Below, in pieces: positions 24,889 to 33,182 of a stretch of DNA of 64,000 bases; position 1 is the first letter of the stretch, and each line of letters opens with the position of its first letter. The notes under the pieces are model-generated. The model did not search any database. It was not told the origin of the DNA and was given only the letters and a program-made list of their open reading frames with translations. The DNA comes from an uncultured Bacteroidia bacterium. Its GTDB lineage: Bacteria; Bacteroidota; Bacteroidia; Bacteroidales; UBA932. The stretch is taken from contig CACWLD010000003.1 of NCBI GenBank assembly GCA_902761655.1, positions 8,448 to 72,447 on the forward strand, in the 5' to 3' direction. Position numbers and translations under genes: made by a program.

Positions 24889-25956
24889 TCAGTTCTTCAT
24901 CAAAAAATCTTTCATTACTGCATTCAGGTCTCCGTCCAGGACGCCCTGGGTGTCCGCCGTCTCCCAGCCGGTACGCAGGTCCTTGACCATCTTGTACGGA
25001 TGGAGCACGTAGGAACGGATCTGGCTGCCCCACTCTATCTTCTTTTTCTGGCCTTCAAGTTCCGCCTGTTTTTCCTGGCGTTTCTTGAGCTCGATGTCGT
25101 ACAGGCGGGACTTGAGGATACGCAGCGCGTTGGCGCGGTTGTCCTGCTGGCTGCGGGTTTCAGTATTCTCCACGGTAATACCCGTTGGGATGTGGCGCAC
25201 GCGCACGCCGGTCTCCACCTTGTTCACGTTCTGGCCGCCGTGGCCGCCTGAACGGAAGGTATCCCACTCTATGTCACCGGGATTGATTTCAATGTTAATT
25301 GTTTCATCCACAAGGGGATACACGAATACTGACGAGAAAGTTGTCTGGCGCTTTCCCTGGGCGTTGAAGGGCGAAATGCGCACCAGGCGGTGCACGCCGG
25401 ATTCCGCCTTCAGGTATCCGTATGCGAAGTCTCCCTCGAACTCTATGGTGCAGGACTTGATTCCGGCCTCGTCGCCTTCCACAAGTTCCGTGGTGGTCAT
25501 CTTGTAATTGTTGCGCTCGCCCCAGCGGATGTACATACGCATCAGCATTGCGCTCCAGTCGTTGGCCTCGGTGCCGCCGGCGCCGGAGTTGATGGTGAGC
25601 ACAGCCCCAAGGCGGTCGCCTTCGGCCCCGAGCATATTCTTGAGTTCCAGGTCCTCCACCTCAGACTGGGCAATCAGGAACTGCTTGTCAATGTCCTCCC
25701 CTTCCGGGTCCAGTTCCGCAAGCACCTCAAGGTCTTCAACCGCGCCTTTGGCGGAGTTGAAGGCGTTGATCCACAGCTTGAGCGAACTTATCTGCTTGAG
25801 GACGCCTTCCGCGGCCTTGGGATCGTCCCAGAAATCAGCGGCCTGGGTGCGCTGCTCCAACGCCGCCGCCTGCGCCTCCTTGTCAGCTATCCCAAGGCAG
25901 CTGAAAAGGGTGTCCAGGCGGGACCTCAAATCTTTGATTTGCTCCAGAATTACCAT
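24889..25956 (-). CDS. prfB: peptide chain release factor 2, encoded in a single frame
   Basis: SPF motif (RISPFNAQG), GGQ motif (GGHGGQNVNK) and GWGSQIRSYVL. The start is chosen at MVILEQIKDL, downstream of the -7 box at 25964..25971. MNMVILEQ (start at 25962) is also possible. Confidence 0.9.
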   Translation of the reverse strand: MVILEQIKDLRSRLDTLFSCLGIADKEAQAAALEQRTQAADFWDDPKAAEGVLKQISSLKLWINAFNSAKGAVEDLEVLAELDPEGEDIDKQFLIAQSEVEDLELKNMLGAEGDRLGAVLTINSGAGGTEANDWSAMLMRMYIRWGERNNYKMTTTELVEGDEAGIKSCTIEFEGDFAYGYLKAESGVHRLVRISPFNAQGKRQTTFSSVFVYPLVDETINIEINPGDIEWDTFRSGGHGGQNVNKVETGVRVRHIPTGITVENTETRSQQDNRANALRILKSRLYDIELKKRQEKQAELEGQKKKIEWGSQIRSYVLHPYKMVKDLRTGWETADTQGVLDGDLNAVMKDFLMKN

Positions 25957-25963
25957 ATTCATA

Positions 25964-25971
25964 CAAATATA
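25964..25971 (-). promoter_or_regulatory. -7 box TATATTTG for prfB-serB
   Basis: The reverse complement of caaatata, only about 8 nt upstream of the ATG at 25956. This implies a very short or absent leader. Confidence 0.45.
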
Positions 25972-25993
25972 AGAAAAATAGGGCAAGTTTTTG

Positions 25994-26001
25994 TATCTTT
26001 G
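25994..26001 (+). promoter_or_regulatory. -7 box TATCTTTG for murI
   Basis: Matches TAnnTTTG, 8 nt upstream of the ATG at 26009. Confidence 0.45.
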
Positions 26002-26008
26002 TTACTGT

Positions 26009-26821
26009 ATGGCCACAATAGGTATCTTTGATTCCGGTATAGGAGGCCTCTCGGTTCTCAGGGAGGTCCGCAAACTCCTGCCTTCGGAGGATTATATCTA
26101 TTTCTCAGACAACGCTTACTGCCCGTACGGCCAAAAAGACCCGTCACTGATAATTGACCGCGCCCGGGAAATCTCAGATTTCCTGCTTTTCAAGGGGGCC
26201 GATGTCATAGTGGTGGCCTGCAACACGGCCACCGGCGCCGCCATCGCCACCCTGAGAGCCGAGTATTCTTCCCCGGACGAGCGCGTGGAATTCATCTCAC
26301 AGGGACGAAGGGACCACGTCAAGTTCGTGGGGATGGAGCCCGCCATAAAGCCGGCTGCAAAGCTCACCCGCAGCGGAGTGGTGGGTGTGCTTGCAACGGC
26401 AGGCACCCTGTCCGCCGGGAAGTATAACAACACAAAGGAAAGCCTCCCGGGTTCCGTTACATTCGTGGAGCACGTGGGGGAAGGCTTCGTGGAGCAGGTG
26501 GAGAGCCTGGACTGGACGTCTGACCACGCCCGCGGCGTGGTTGAAGCCAGTCTCAGGCCGCTTCTGGACAAAGGGGCGGACTGCATAGTGCTTGGCTGCA
26601 CCCACTACCCTTTCCTCTCCGGCCTCATACAGGACATTGCAGGACCCGATGTCAAAGTGATAGATTCAGCGCCAGCCATTGCAAAGCAGCTCCTCAAGGT
26701 GATCAAGGAGGAAAAGATCCCATACGGGGAAGACGGCGGCGGCAGCGGAAAGGTCTCCCTTTACGCCTCCGGCGACAAGGGTCCCCTCCTTAAGACCTTT
26801 GAGTTTATTAGCGGATCCTAA
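26009..26821 (+). CDS. murI: glutamate racemase
   Basis: IGIFDSGIGGLSVLREV...YFSDNAYCPYGQK...VVACNTA...LGCTHYPFL contains the two catalytic Cys blocks. Confidence 0.92.
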   Translation: MATIGIFDSGIGGLSVLREVRKLLPSEDYIYFSDNAYCPYGQKDPSLIIDRAREISDFLLFKGADVIVVACNTATGAAIATLRAEYSSPDERVEFISQGRRDHVKFVGMEPAIKPAAKLTRSGVVGVLATAGTLSAGKYNNTKESLPGSVTFVEHVGEGFVEQVESLDWTSDHARGVVEASLRPLLDKGADCIVLGCTHYPFLSGLIQDIAGPDVKVIDSAPAIAKQLLKVIKEEKIPYGEDGGGSGKVSLYASGDKGPLLKTFEFISGS

Positions 26822-28059
26822 TACAGATAATAGACCTTCGAGAGTTCCTTGAAGGCCTGTACATCCTTATTCCAGAATGCAGCTATGTCGCTCACCTTGA
26901 ACGACTTGCTGAACGTGTTGCGAATGAAGTCAGAGCCTGCGCACTTGTCAAACATCGCATAGCTGCCGCCCACGAAAGGATTGTGGGAAGGAGCAAGTTC
27001 GTGCACCGCCTGCATTACGTAGAACTGGGTCAGGGTTATTGTGGCGGCCTCGAAATCCGTATAGAAATACTGCACCCCGTGGATCAGCTTGCCCCTGGCG
27101 GAGCCGGATGTGGGGGTGAAATGGATTGGACGGAAAGCGACTCCGGGAATCTTGTAACTGTCCAGTTTTGCCACCAGCTTGTCAGCGTCCAGCCACTCCG
27201 CGGCAAACACCCCGAAAGGCAGCGTATAGCCAATACCAATGTTCAGATAATTGCTGAACTCTCCCACAAGGCCTGCGGAAGGGTAGCCGATGGCGCTCTG
27301 CGGATAAGGAATGTTTGGCGAAGGAAGGACCCACGGCAGGCCCGTGTCCTCAAAAAGCATATCGCGACGCCAGCCTTCCATAGGAACTACGGAAAGCTTG
27401 CAGCGCACCGGCTGGTCCTTGCCCAGCTGGCCGCGGTTAAGGCCTTCCTCGTTAATCAACTGTGCAAGTTCGCCCACGGTAAGGCCGTAGATATAAGGGA
27501 TGCGGAACTGGCTTACGAACGATACGAATCCCGCTTCAGGATAACTGCCTTCCACCTTGAGACCGCCCAGGGGGTTGGGACGGTCAAGCACCATCACCTC
27601 TATCCCCTGCTCCGCGCAGGCCTGCATCATAAGGCCGAGCGAGCTGATGAAGGTGTAGGAGCGGGACCCAACGTCCTGGATGTCATAGACCACTATGTCA
27701 ATGCCCTGGAGCATCTTGGGAGTGGGCTTGCGGGTGTCTCCGTAAACGGAGAAGATGGGAAGGCCGGTAGTCTCGTCCACCTCGTCTGAGACGTGGCCTC
27801 CGGCGTAGATGTTGCCGCGGGCGCCGTGCTCCGGGGCGAATATGGCAACCAGGTTCACATTCTCGTGCAGGATGTCTATGGTGGACTTCAGGTTGCGGTC
27901 AACTCCCGACGGGTTGGTCAGCAGGCCAACACGCTTGCCCTTAAGCCCCTCGAAATTGCGGTCCCGGAGAACTTCTATGCCCGGCTTGACCTGGGCGGCG
28001 GCCGTCAGGCTTATGATGGCCGCAAGCGCAGCCAGGATGTATTTAATTCTTCTTGCCAT
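26818..28059 (-). CDS. namZ: DUF1343 family protein (NamZ-type exo-beta-N-acetylmuramidase)
   Basis: Signal peptide, then GKRVGLLTNPSGVDRNLKSTIDIL...LVAIFAPEHGARG...VYDIQDVGSRSYTF, typical of DUF1343/YbbC/NamZ. Confidence 0.75.
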   Translation of the reverse strand: MARRIKYILAALAAIISLTAAAQVKPGIEVLRDRNFEGLKGKRVGLLTNPSGVDRNLKSTIDILHENVNLVAIFAPEHGARGNIYAGGHVSDEVDETTGLPIFSVYGDTRKPTPKMLQGIDIVVYDIQDVGSRSYTFISSLGLMMQACAEQGIEVMVLDRPNPLGGLKVEGSYPEAGFVSFVSQFRIPYIYGLTVGELAQLINEEGLNRGQLGKDQPVRCKLSVVPMEGWRRDMLFEDTGLPWVLPSPNIPYPQSAIGYPSAGLVGEFSNYLNIGIGYTLPFGVFAAEWLDADKLVAKLDSYKIPGVAFRPIHFTPTSGSARGKLIHGVQYFYTDFEAATITLTQFYVMQAVHELAPSHNPFVGGSYAMFDKCAGSDFIRNTFSKSFKVSDIAAFWNKDVQAFKELSKVYYLY

Positions 28060-29344
28060 ACGTTGGATCTACTTTTGCAAAAAATGTGACAAAGACGGTG
28101 GCCAGGCAGCAAATCATTACCATCCAGAAGAATCCGGTATAGCCCAGGGTCTCCTGCAGATGGCCGGCCACCAGACCCGGCAGCATCATGCTCAGGGCCA
28201 TAAAGGCCGTGCAAAGGGCGTAATGGGATGTCTTGTACTCCCCTTCCGAGAAGTACATCATATAGAGCATATAGGCCGTGAAACCAAATCCGTAGCCGAA
28301 CTGGTCAAGGGCAATGCAAAGGGTTATCACCCATATCTGCACAGGCTGGGTTATGGCCATAAAAAGGTAGACGGAGCAAGGGAGCGCAAGGCTGAGGGCC
28401 ATTGGCCATAAGGACTTGCGCAAGCCCCATTTACCGGCCGCCAGGCCTCCAAGGATACCTCCTAGGGTCAGTGCTATCACGCCCACGGTTCCGTATACTA
28501 TTCCAACCATTTCAGTGGAAAGGCCAAGGCCGCCCTTTGCCGGGCTGTCCAGCAGGAACGGATTGAGCATCTTCACCGAAAACGCCTCCGGAAGGCGGTA
28601 CAACAGCATAAACACCATTGCAAACCATACCTGTTTCTTCTGGAAGAAGGTGACGAAACTGCGGCCAAGCTCGCGGAAGATTTCCGCGGCGGGCCGCCCT
28701 TTCTCCGGCGCGGCCTCAACCTTTGGCGCCTGGAAGGCGTGCCAAAGGGCCAGGCCGCCAAGGAGCGCCGCGCTGAACGCTATGGTAATGGTCCAGGCTA
28801 GCGGGACGTTTCCCGTATTCCTTTCCAAAAGGCCGGCTATGACCACCAGGACACCCTGTCCGAACACTGATGCGATGCGGTAGAACGTGCTCCTTATGCC
28901 CACGAACACGGACTGCGTATGGTTGTCCAGGGCTATCATATAATACCCGTCCGCCGCAATGTCGTGCGTGGCGGAAGCCAGGGCTGTGACATAGAATATC
29001 ACCAGGGTTATGATGAATGGCGATACGCCTATGTTCCCCCCGGCAATCTGCTCCGCCGAAGGCCTTGGCAGCGTGAACGCCAGCAGGCAGAAGGCTGCCG
29101 CCATAAGCACCTGCATTGTCACGATCCACCAGCGCTTTGTCTTGAGCACGTCCACGAACGGGCTCCAAAGCGGCTTTATTACCCAAGGCAGATAAAGAAG
29201 GCTGGTATAGAGGGCCAGGTCTCCGTTGGACATACCCATATTCTTGAACATTATCACTGATATGTTGTTCACCAGGAAATACGGGAGTCCCTCCGCAAAA
29301 TATAGCGTAGGCACCCACAGCCACGGATTCTTATTCTTAGTCAT
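28043..29344 (-). CDS. ampG: AmpG-family MFS muropeptide permease
   Basis: NPWLWVPTLYFAEGLPYFLVNN...LYLPWVIKPLWSPFVD. Polytopic, with about 12-14 TM helices. Confidence 0.8.
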   Translation of the reverse strand: MTKNKNPWLWVPTLYFAEGLPYFLVNNISVIMFKNMGMSNGDLALYTSLLYLPWVIKPLWSPFVDVLKTKRWWIVTMQVLMAAAFCLLAFTLPRPSAEQIAGGNIGVSPFIITLVIFYVTALASATHDIAADGYYMIALDNHTQSVFVGIRSTFYRIASVFGQGVLVVIAGLLERNTGNVPLAWTITIAFSAALLGGLALWHAFQAPKVEAAPEKGRPAAEIFRELGRSFVTFFQKKQVWFAMVFMLLYRLPEAFSVKMLNPFLLDSPAKGGLGLSTEMVGIVYGTVGVIALTLGGILGGLAAGKWGLRKSLWPMALSLALPCSVYLFMAITQPVQIWVITLCIALDQFGYGFGFTAYMLYMMYFSEGEYKTSHYALCTAFMALSMMLPGLVAGHLQETLGYTGFFWMVMICCLATVFVTFFAKVDPTYGKKN

Positions 29345-30530
29345 AGCATTTGTCTATTTGGGAGCCCGGATAATACCAGGCCAGTATCTCTTTGTAACCG
29401 TATCCGCGCGAAGCCATCACCGCGGCGCCTATCTGGCAAAGGCCCACGCCGTGTCCCCAGCCGCCTCCTTGAAGCACCACTTCATCGCCTTCCCACCTGA
29501 CTTCAAACGCCGAGCTCTTGAGGTGGCTCTCTGACAGCCACCTCCTGATTATCAGCTCCTTGCCTATCTCCATCCTGCGCTTGGAGCCAATCACCAGCAG
29601 CCTCTTTATCCTTCCCGAAGCGCCTCTCTCCAGCGGAACCAGATCCTCTATGACGCCAAAGTCTATCCCTGAACGTTCCTTTACCAGTTCCGACAGCTCC
29701 CCGCGGGAATACCGCTGTTCCCAGCGGTAGAAATCGCGGGTCTCCAGGTCGTAGTCGTTCAGGACCTGGGCCAGGACTTCAGTGTCCGTGGTGTCGCAGA
29801 AAGGGTCCTTCACGCTCTGCAAGTAAGGATAATCCCTGTCCTCCCAGCAGGTGCTAAAGAGTTCCGTGACTCCGCCGCAGCATTTGGAGAACCTTGCGTC
29901 ACAAATCTCGCCGTCATAGGCGAGAACCTGGCCGCAGGTCTCCTTCAGCGCCCGGCGCACGTTCTCCCCCACTGCCATCGTCACGCCCTGATAGCGCTGG
30001 CAATGGTCGTCAGCGCAGACGTCAAAGGCAGTGTGGTCTTCGTGGTCGAACCAGTGGATATAGCGCTCAGGAGTGTCGACCATCCCCTCCGCTGCCTTAC
30101 GGGGCTGCTTCCCGGAGCGGATCTGGCTCAGCACCCAGGAGCGGGAAATCACGGCGTGGGCTTTGAGGAACTCCACGCCCGCGCTGGATTTCATCTCGGA
30201 AGAAATCACGCTCAGGAGGTATTCCTCCACGTCAACCTTGTTGACGGCGGTAATCCGGTCTCCTTCTACTATGAACTCCAGGCTTCCGCTGTAGCTGAGG
30301 TCCCTATGCCTCTGCCAATGGAAATCGACACCTATGGTTACGCCATACAGGGTGAAAGATGCTTCGTTGAATTCCAGGGAGTCATACAGTTGCCCCTGAT
30401 AAGATACCTTGCCGCCGTCCCAACTGACCTGCCTGCGCGAGGCTCCGTCCCCCGGCAGGCTGAATTCCATCTGCCTGCCTGACATTATGCCCACACGGAG
30501 CAAAGGTCTTGACTTATAGCGGCTTATCAT
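29337..30530 (-). CDS. SpoIID/LytB domain protein
   Basis: EEYLLSVISSEMKSSAGVEFLKAHAVISRSW, DDHCQRYQG and GGGWGHGVGLCQIGAAVMA are SpoIID signature blocks. Confidence 0.8.
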   Translation of the reverse strand: MISRYKSRPLLRVGIMSGRQMEFSLPGDGASRRQVSWDGGKVSYQGQLYDSLEFNEASFTLYGVTIGVDFHWQRHRDLSYSGSLEFIVEGDRITAVNKVDVEEYLLSVISSEMKSSAGVEFLKAHAVISRSWVLSQIRSGKQPRKAAEGMVDTPERYIHWFDHEDHTAFDVCADDHCQRYQGVTMAVGENVRRALKETCGQVLAYDGEICDARFSKCCGGVTELFSTCWEDRDYPYLQSVKDPFCDTTDTEVLAQVLNDYDLETRDFYRWEQRYSRGELSELVKERSGIDFGVIEDLVPLERGASGRIKRLLVIGSKRRMEIGKELIIRRWLSESHLKSSAFEVRWEGDEVVLQGGGWGHGVGLCQIGAAVMASRGYGYKEILAWYYPGSQIDKCYD

Positions 30531-31118
30531 CTAAAGCAAGGCTTCGAAAGCGGGCTTGAACCGCTCGTATTCACTAAGGAAATTGGGGGTAAACGCCTCC
30601 TGGTCCCCTCCCTTGATTTCTTCATCGGTGAAGAAACAGCCCTGATCCACTTCTATGTTATGCGGATCAATCTTGAAATTGCCCACACAGGCGAATACGC
30701 ATATCAGCTCCAGTTCAACCGAACTCCTATACTCATAGGAATCCAGGAAGACAGGGTTGAAGTCGTAGAAATTCAGTTCCTCGCGGGACTCGCGCATCAG
30801 CGCTTCTGCAATGGATTCGCCATATTCTATATGGCCGCCCACCGCTGTGTCCCATCGTCCCGGATAGAGCTTCTTTGAAGCGGAACGCTTCTGCAGGTAT
30901 ACCCTGCCGTAGCGGTCAATGATATGCAGGTGAACCACCGGATGCAGGAGGAATGAACCGCCGTGCGCATAGGAACGCGCCATCTGCCCAACTACCAGGC
31001 CGGAAGGCTCCACTATGGGGAGCATCTCTTCGTCCCTGCCAATTTTCTCGTCCACCATATAGGAACGCGGGGCAGGCATTATGGGAGCGGGTTTTGCGGG
31101 GTACAGCAGTTCTATCAT
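30531..31118 (-). CDS. NUDIX hydrolase
   Basis: NUDIX box GGHIEYGESIAEALMRESREELNF. The start is set at MIELLYPAK, which overlaps the upstream stop by 4 nt. Confidence 0.8.
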   Translation of the reverse strand: MIELLYPAKPAPIMPAPRSYMVDEKIGRDEEMLPIVEPSGLVVGQMARSYAHGGSFLLHPVVHLHIIDRYGRVYLQKRSASKKLYPGRWDTAVGGHIEYGESIAEALMRESREELNFYDFNPVFLDSYEYRSSVELELICVFACVGNFKIDPHNIEVDQGCFFTDEEIKGGDQEAFTPNFLSEYERFKPAFEALL

Positions 31119-31825
31119 AGCAATTGACGGAGCAGTTCCAGTTCTTGTGAATTGTATAGCAAGGGATCTACAAGCTGCGGGGCTACGCGTCCAAGGATGG
31201 CCAGCAGCGCAAAGAACAGCACCACAAGGCCCAGTACGCTCCAAAGGACAATCCTCAGCGCTCCAACACCCGCCTTGTCTTCCCCGACAACTTCTCTGTC
31301 ATCCCCGACAGCTTCTCTGTCATCCCCGACCTGATCGGGGATCTCCTCCACCGGCTCATCATCCACCAGCTCCAGCAGCAGGTCTTCATCATCCGCCGGG
31401 GATGTGAGGGTCTTGAGGGATATGCTTTCCAGCCCGAAGCCCTGAGGATAGATGTCAATGTCCTCGTTCTGGACAAAGAAGAAAATGTTCTCGTTTGTCG
31501 CCCTCAAGCGTCCCATTCCAGGGAGGTTGACGCTTTTCTTGTCCTTGAGGACGGCGGCCAGGCGCTTGAAAAAGCCGCCCAGGATGGTTGCCGCCTCTTT
31601 CTGTGAAATGGATTTCTTTTTGGCGTAGAGGTTTACAAGGGAATTGTCCTCGCTGGATTTCTGGCGGAACGCCAGGCGCAGGTAAGGAGGATTGACGGTA
31701 TAGCCCCTGTCAGAGAACGCGGCCGGAACTTCCTCAACCACAAACACTCCCAGACCCGGAAGCGCTATCTCCTCACTGCAGGGAACCAGTTCCCTTATCA
31801 TTTCCGCCAATTGACCTACATCCAT
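31115..31825 (-). CDS. membrane-anchored protein with two HU-like (CCDC81-type) domains and an acidic repeat linker
   Basis: LPGLGVFVVEEVPAAFSDRGYTVNPPYLRLAF and NLPGMGRLRATNENIFFF resemble bacterial HU/CCDC81-type domains. The acidic repeat is VGDDREAVGDDREVVGEDKAGVG. The C-terminal TM helix is IVLWSVLGLVVLFFALLAIL. Confidence 0.45.
   Translation of the reverse strand: MDVGQLAEMIRELVPCSEEIALPGLGVFVVEEVPAAFSDRGYTVNPPYLRLAFRQKSSEDNSLVNLYAKKKSISQKEAATILGGFFKRLAAVLKDKKSVNLPGMGRLRATNENIFFFVQNEDIDIYPQGFGLESISLKTLTSPADDEDLLLELVDDEPVEEIPDQVGDDREAVGDDREVVGEDKAGVGALRIVLWSVLGLVVLFFALLAILGRVAPQLVDPLLYNSQELELLRQLL
31270..31332. repeat. 21-bp tandem repeat (2 near-perfect copies plus 1 degenerate) inside the HU-like gene
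   Basis: CTTCTCTGTCATCCCCGACAG at 31291..31311 is repeated at 31312..31332. A 14/21 match lies at 31270..31290. The repeat is in frame (7 aa units). Confidence 0.8.
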
Positions 31826-31909
31826 ATCAGATATCTATTCCCTATGGGAAAGCAGAGCAAAGATAAGAAAAAAATAGTCTGAAAAATTTGCAGAATATAT
31901 ATTTTATCG

Positions 31910-31917
31910 TACCTTTG
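31910..31917 (+). promoter_or_regulatory. -7 box TACCTTTG for tRNA-Asn
   Basis: Matches TAnnTTTG, 30 nt upstream of the tRNA 5' end. Confidence 0.5.
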
Positions 31918-31947
31918 CAATCCGGTCGCAGCAATGCACCATAATAT

Positions 31948-32021
31948 TCCTCTTTAGCTCAGTTGGTTAGAGCACCTGACTGTTAATCAGGGGGTCCTAG
32001 GTTCAAGTCCTAGAAGGGGAG
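31948..32021 (+). tRNA. tRNA-Asn (anticodon GTT)
   Basis: Clean cloverleaf. Acceptor TCCTCTT/AAGGGGA. D arm GCTC-AGTTGGTTA-GAGC. Anticodon arm CCTGA-CTGTTAA-TCAGG. T arm CTAGG-TTCAAGT-CCTAG. Confidence 0.92.
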
Positions 32022-32024
32022 CAA

Positions 32025-32067
32025 AAGCGGACAAATCATTGAAATATGGTTTGTCCGCTTTTTTTGT
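32025..32067. terminator. terminator after tRNA-Asn, also placed to stop the convergent hydrolase gene
   Basis: An 11-bp stem, AAGCGGACAAA (32025..32035) with TTTGTCCGCTT (32050..32060), followed by a T run. Confidence 0.7.
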
Positions 32068-32089
32068 CTATGGTATACGGGAAACTTCC

Positions 32090-33151
32090 CTATTGAATGT
32101 TCTTGCGCAGGTACATCCAGCCTTGCATCTTTCCAACTCCAGGGTCTGCTCCGGTAAACATCTTGCTCGCTTCTGTGTCTCCCTTGAGCCACCATTTGAG
32201 CCAGGCAGTGGCAACCTTTGCATAATCGCCGCCGTGGGGCTGCATATAAGTTCCGCCGTGGCCTATGCCGTCAAGGCTGCAGAGGAACGCGGGCATTGTG
32301 CCGGACATTCTCTTGAAGTCATCATTGCCATTTTCCCAGGCGATGTCCGTAGAGCCGCCAAGAATCCAGATAACTGATTTCTGCTTCATTGTATTGAGAC
32401 TGGCCTTGTCCTCGCTCTCGTCTCCTCCAAAGTAGCCGCTGTTCATTACCATTATGGTCTTGATGCGCGCGTCGTCTGACATATGGAGGGCCTGCAGGCC
32501 ACCACAGGACATACCGGCAGCGGCAATGTTGTCAACATCAAGCTTGCCGTAGTAGGGGCTGTCCTTGTCTGCATTCTGGGCTATTGCCCACTCAAGGGCC
32601 TGCTTGAGGCCTTCGGGGTCTCCCATTGACATTCCGCCACCTCCCATCTGGGGCATTCCGCCACCCATCTGAGGCATACCTCCGGGCATTCCACCGGGCA
32701 TCTGCGGCCTAGGAGCGCCAGGGCCGCCCTGGGGTGCGCCCTGCGGACGCTGGCCGGCAGGCATCTGCGGCCGTCCGCCGGGCATAGCGCCGGGCACGGC
32801 GCCTGTCTGGCCGGGACGCGGGCCTTCAAGCTGCTGGTAGTTGCTGGGGCCGATAGCTACGATAAGGAACCCCTGTGACGCCACTTCGTTCAAGAAATTG
32901 ACGTGGCCGCTGGGTGAGTTGGCACAGCCTCCGTTACCCCATACCAGGACGGGGAGAAGATTGCCATTTCCAAACTTGCTGAGATCCTGCGGGCGGAAAA
33001 CAGTGTGAGTGCTGAGCGAAGCCTCTTCCATCATTATGGCTTTGTAAGGGCCCGTTCCACCTTCCTCAAGAATTCTTGAGTTCTGTGCCTTGACCGGCAC
33101 TGCAGCCAGAGCCATAATGGCAGCGGCCGCCAAAAACATATGGTATCTCAT
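32090..33151 (-). CDS. secreted alpha/beta hydrolase with a ~70-aa P/G/Q/M-rich insertion
   Basis: Signal peptide, PVLVWGNGGC, and nucleophile elbow AAGMSCGG. The low-complexity insert (aa ~109-177) is GPRPGQTGAVPGAMPGGRPQMPAGQRPQGAPQGGPGAPRPQMPGGMPGGMPQMGGGMPQMGGGGM. Confidence 0.6.
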   Translation of the reverse strand: MRYHMFLAAAAIMALAAVPVKAQNSRILEEGGTGPYKAIMMEEASLSTHTVFRPQDLSKFGNGNLLPVLVWGNGGCANSPSGHVNFLNEVASQGFLIVAIGPSNYQQLEGPRPGQTGAVPGAMPGGRPQMPAGQRPQGAPQGGPGAPRPQMPGGMPGGMPQMGGGMPQMGGGGMSMGDPEGLKQALEWAIAQNADKDSPYYGKLDVDNIAAAGMSCGGLQALHMSDDARIKTIMVMNSGYFGGDESEDKASLNTMKQKSVIWILGGSTDIAWENGNDDFKRMSGTMPAFLCSLDGIGHGGTYMQPHGGDYAKVATAWLKWWLKGDTEASKMFTGADPGVGKMQGWMYLRKNIQ

Positions 33152-33182
33152 TGCTTTAAGTGTTATGATTATATGGATTGTC

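Noticed and set aside
24887-25033. Long N-terminal extensions in the ORF track for serB (to 25033), the NUDIX gene (to 31244), the YhaM-like gene (to 36500), GH3 (to 56775), rplU (to 1091) and others
   Set aside because: The extensions overlap upstream genes or promoter boxes and are rich in R/G/P. Internal Met codons give N-termini that match the families, and often give 4-nt overlaps with the upstream stop.
32621-32827. Short near-tandem DNA repeats, considered as a possible CRISPR or minisatellite
   Set aside because: They are in frame within a continuous ORF and encode an MPGG/MPQMGGG low-complexity loop. There is no spacer-repeat periodicity and there are no cas genes.
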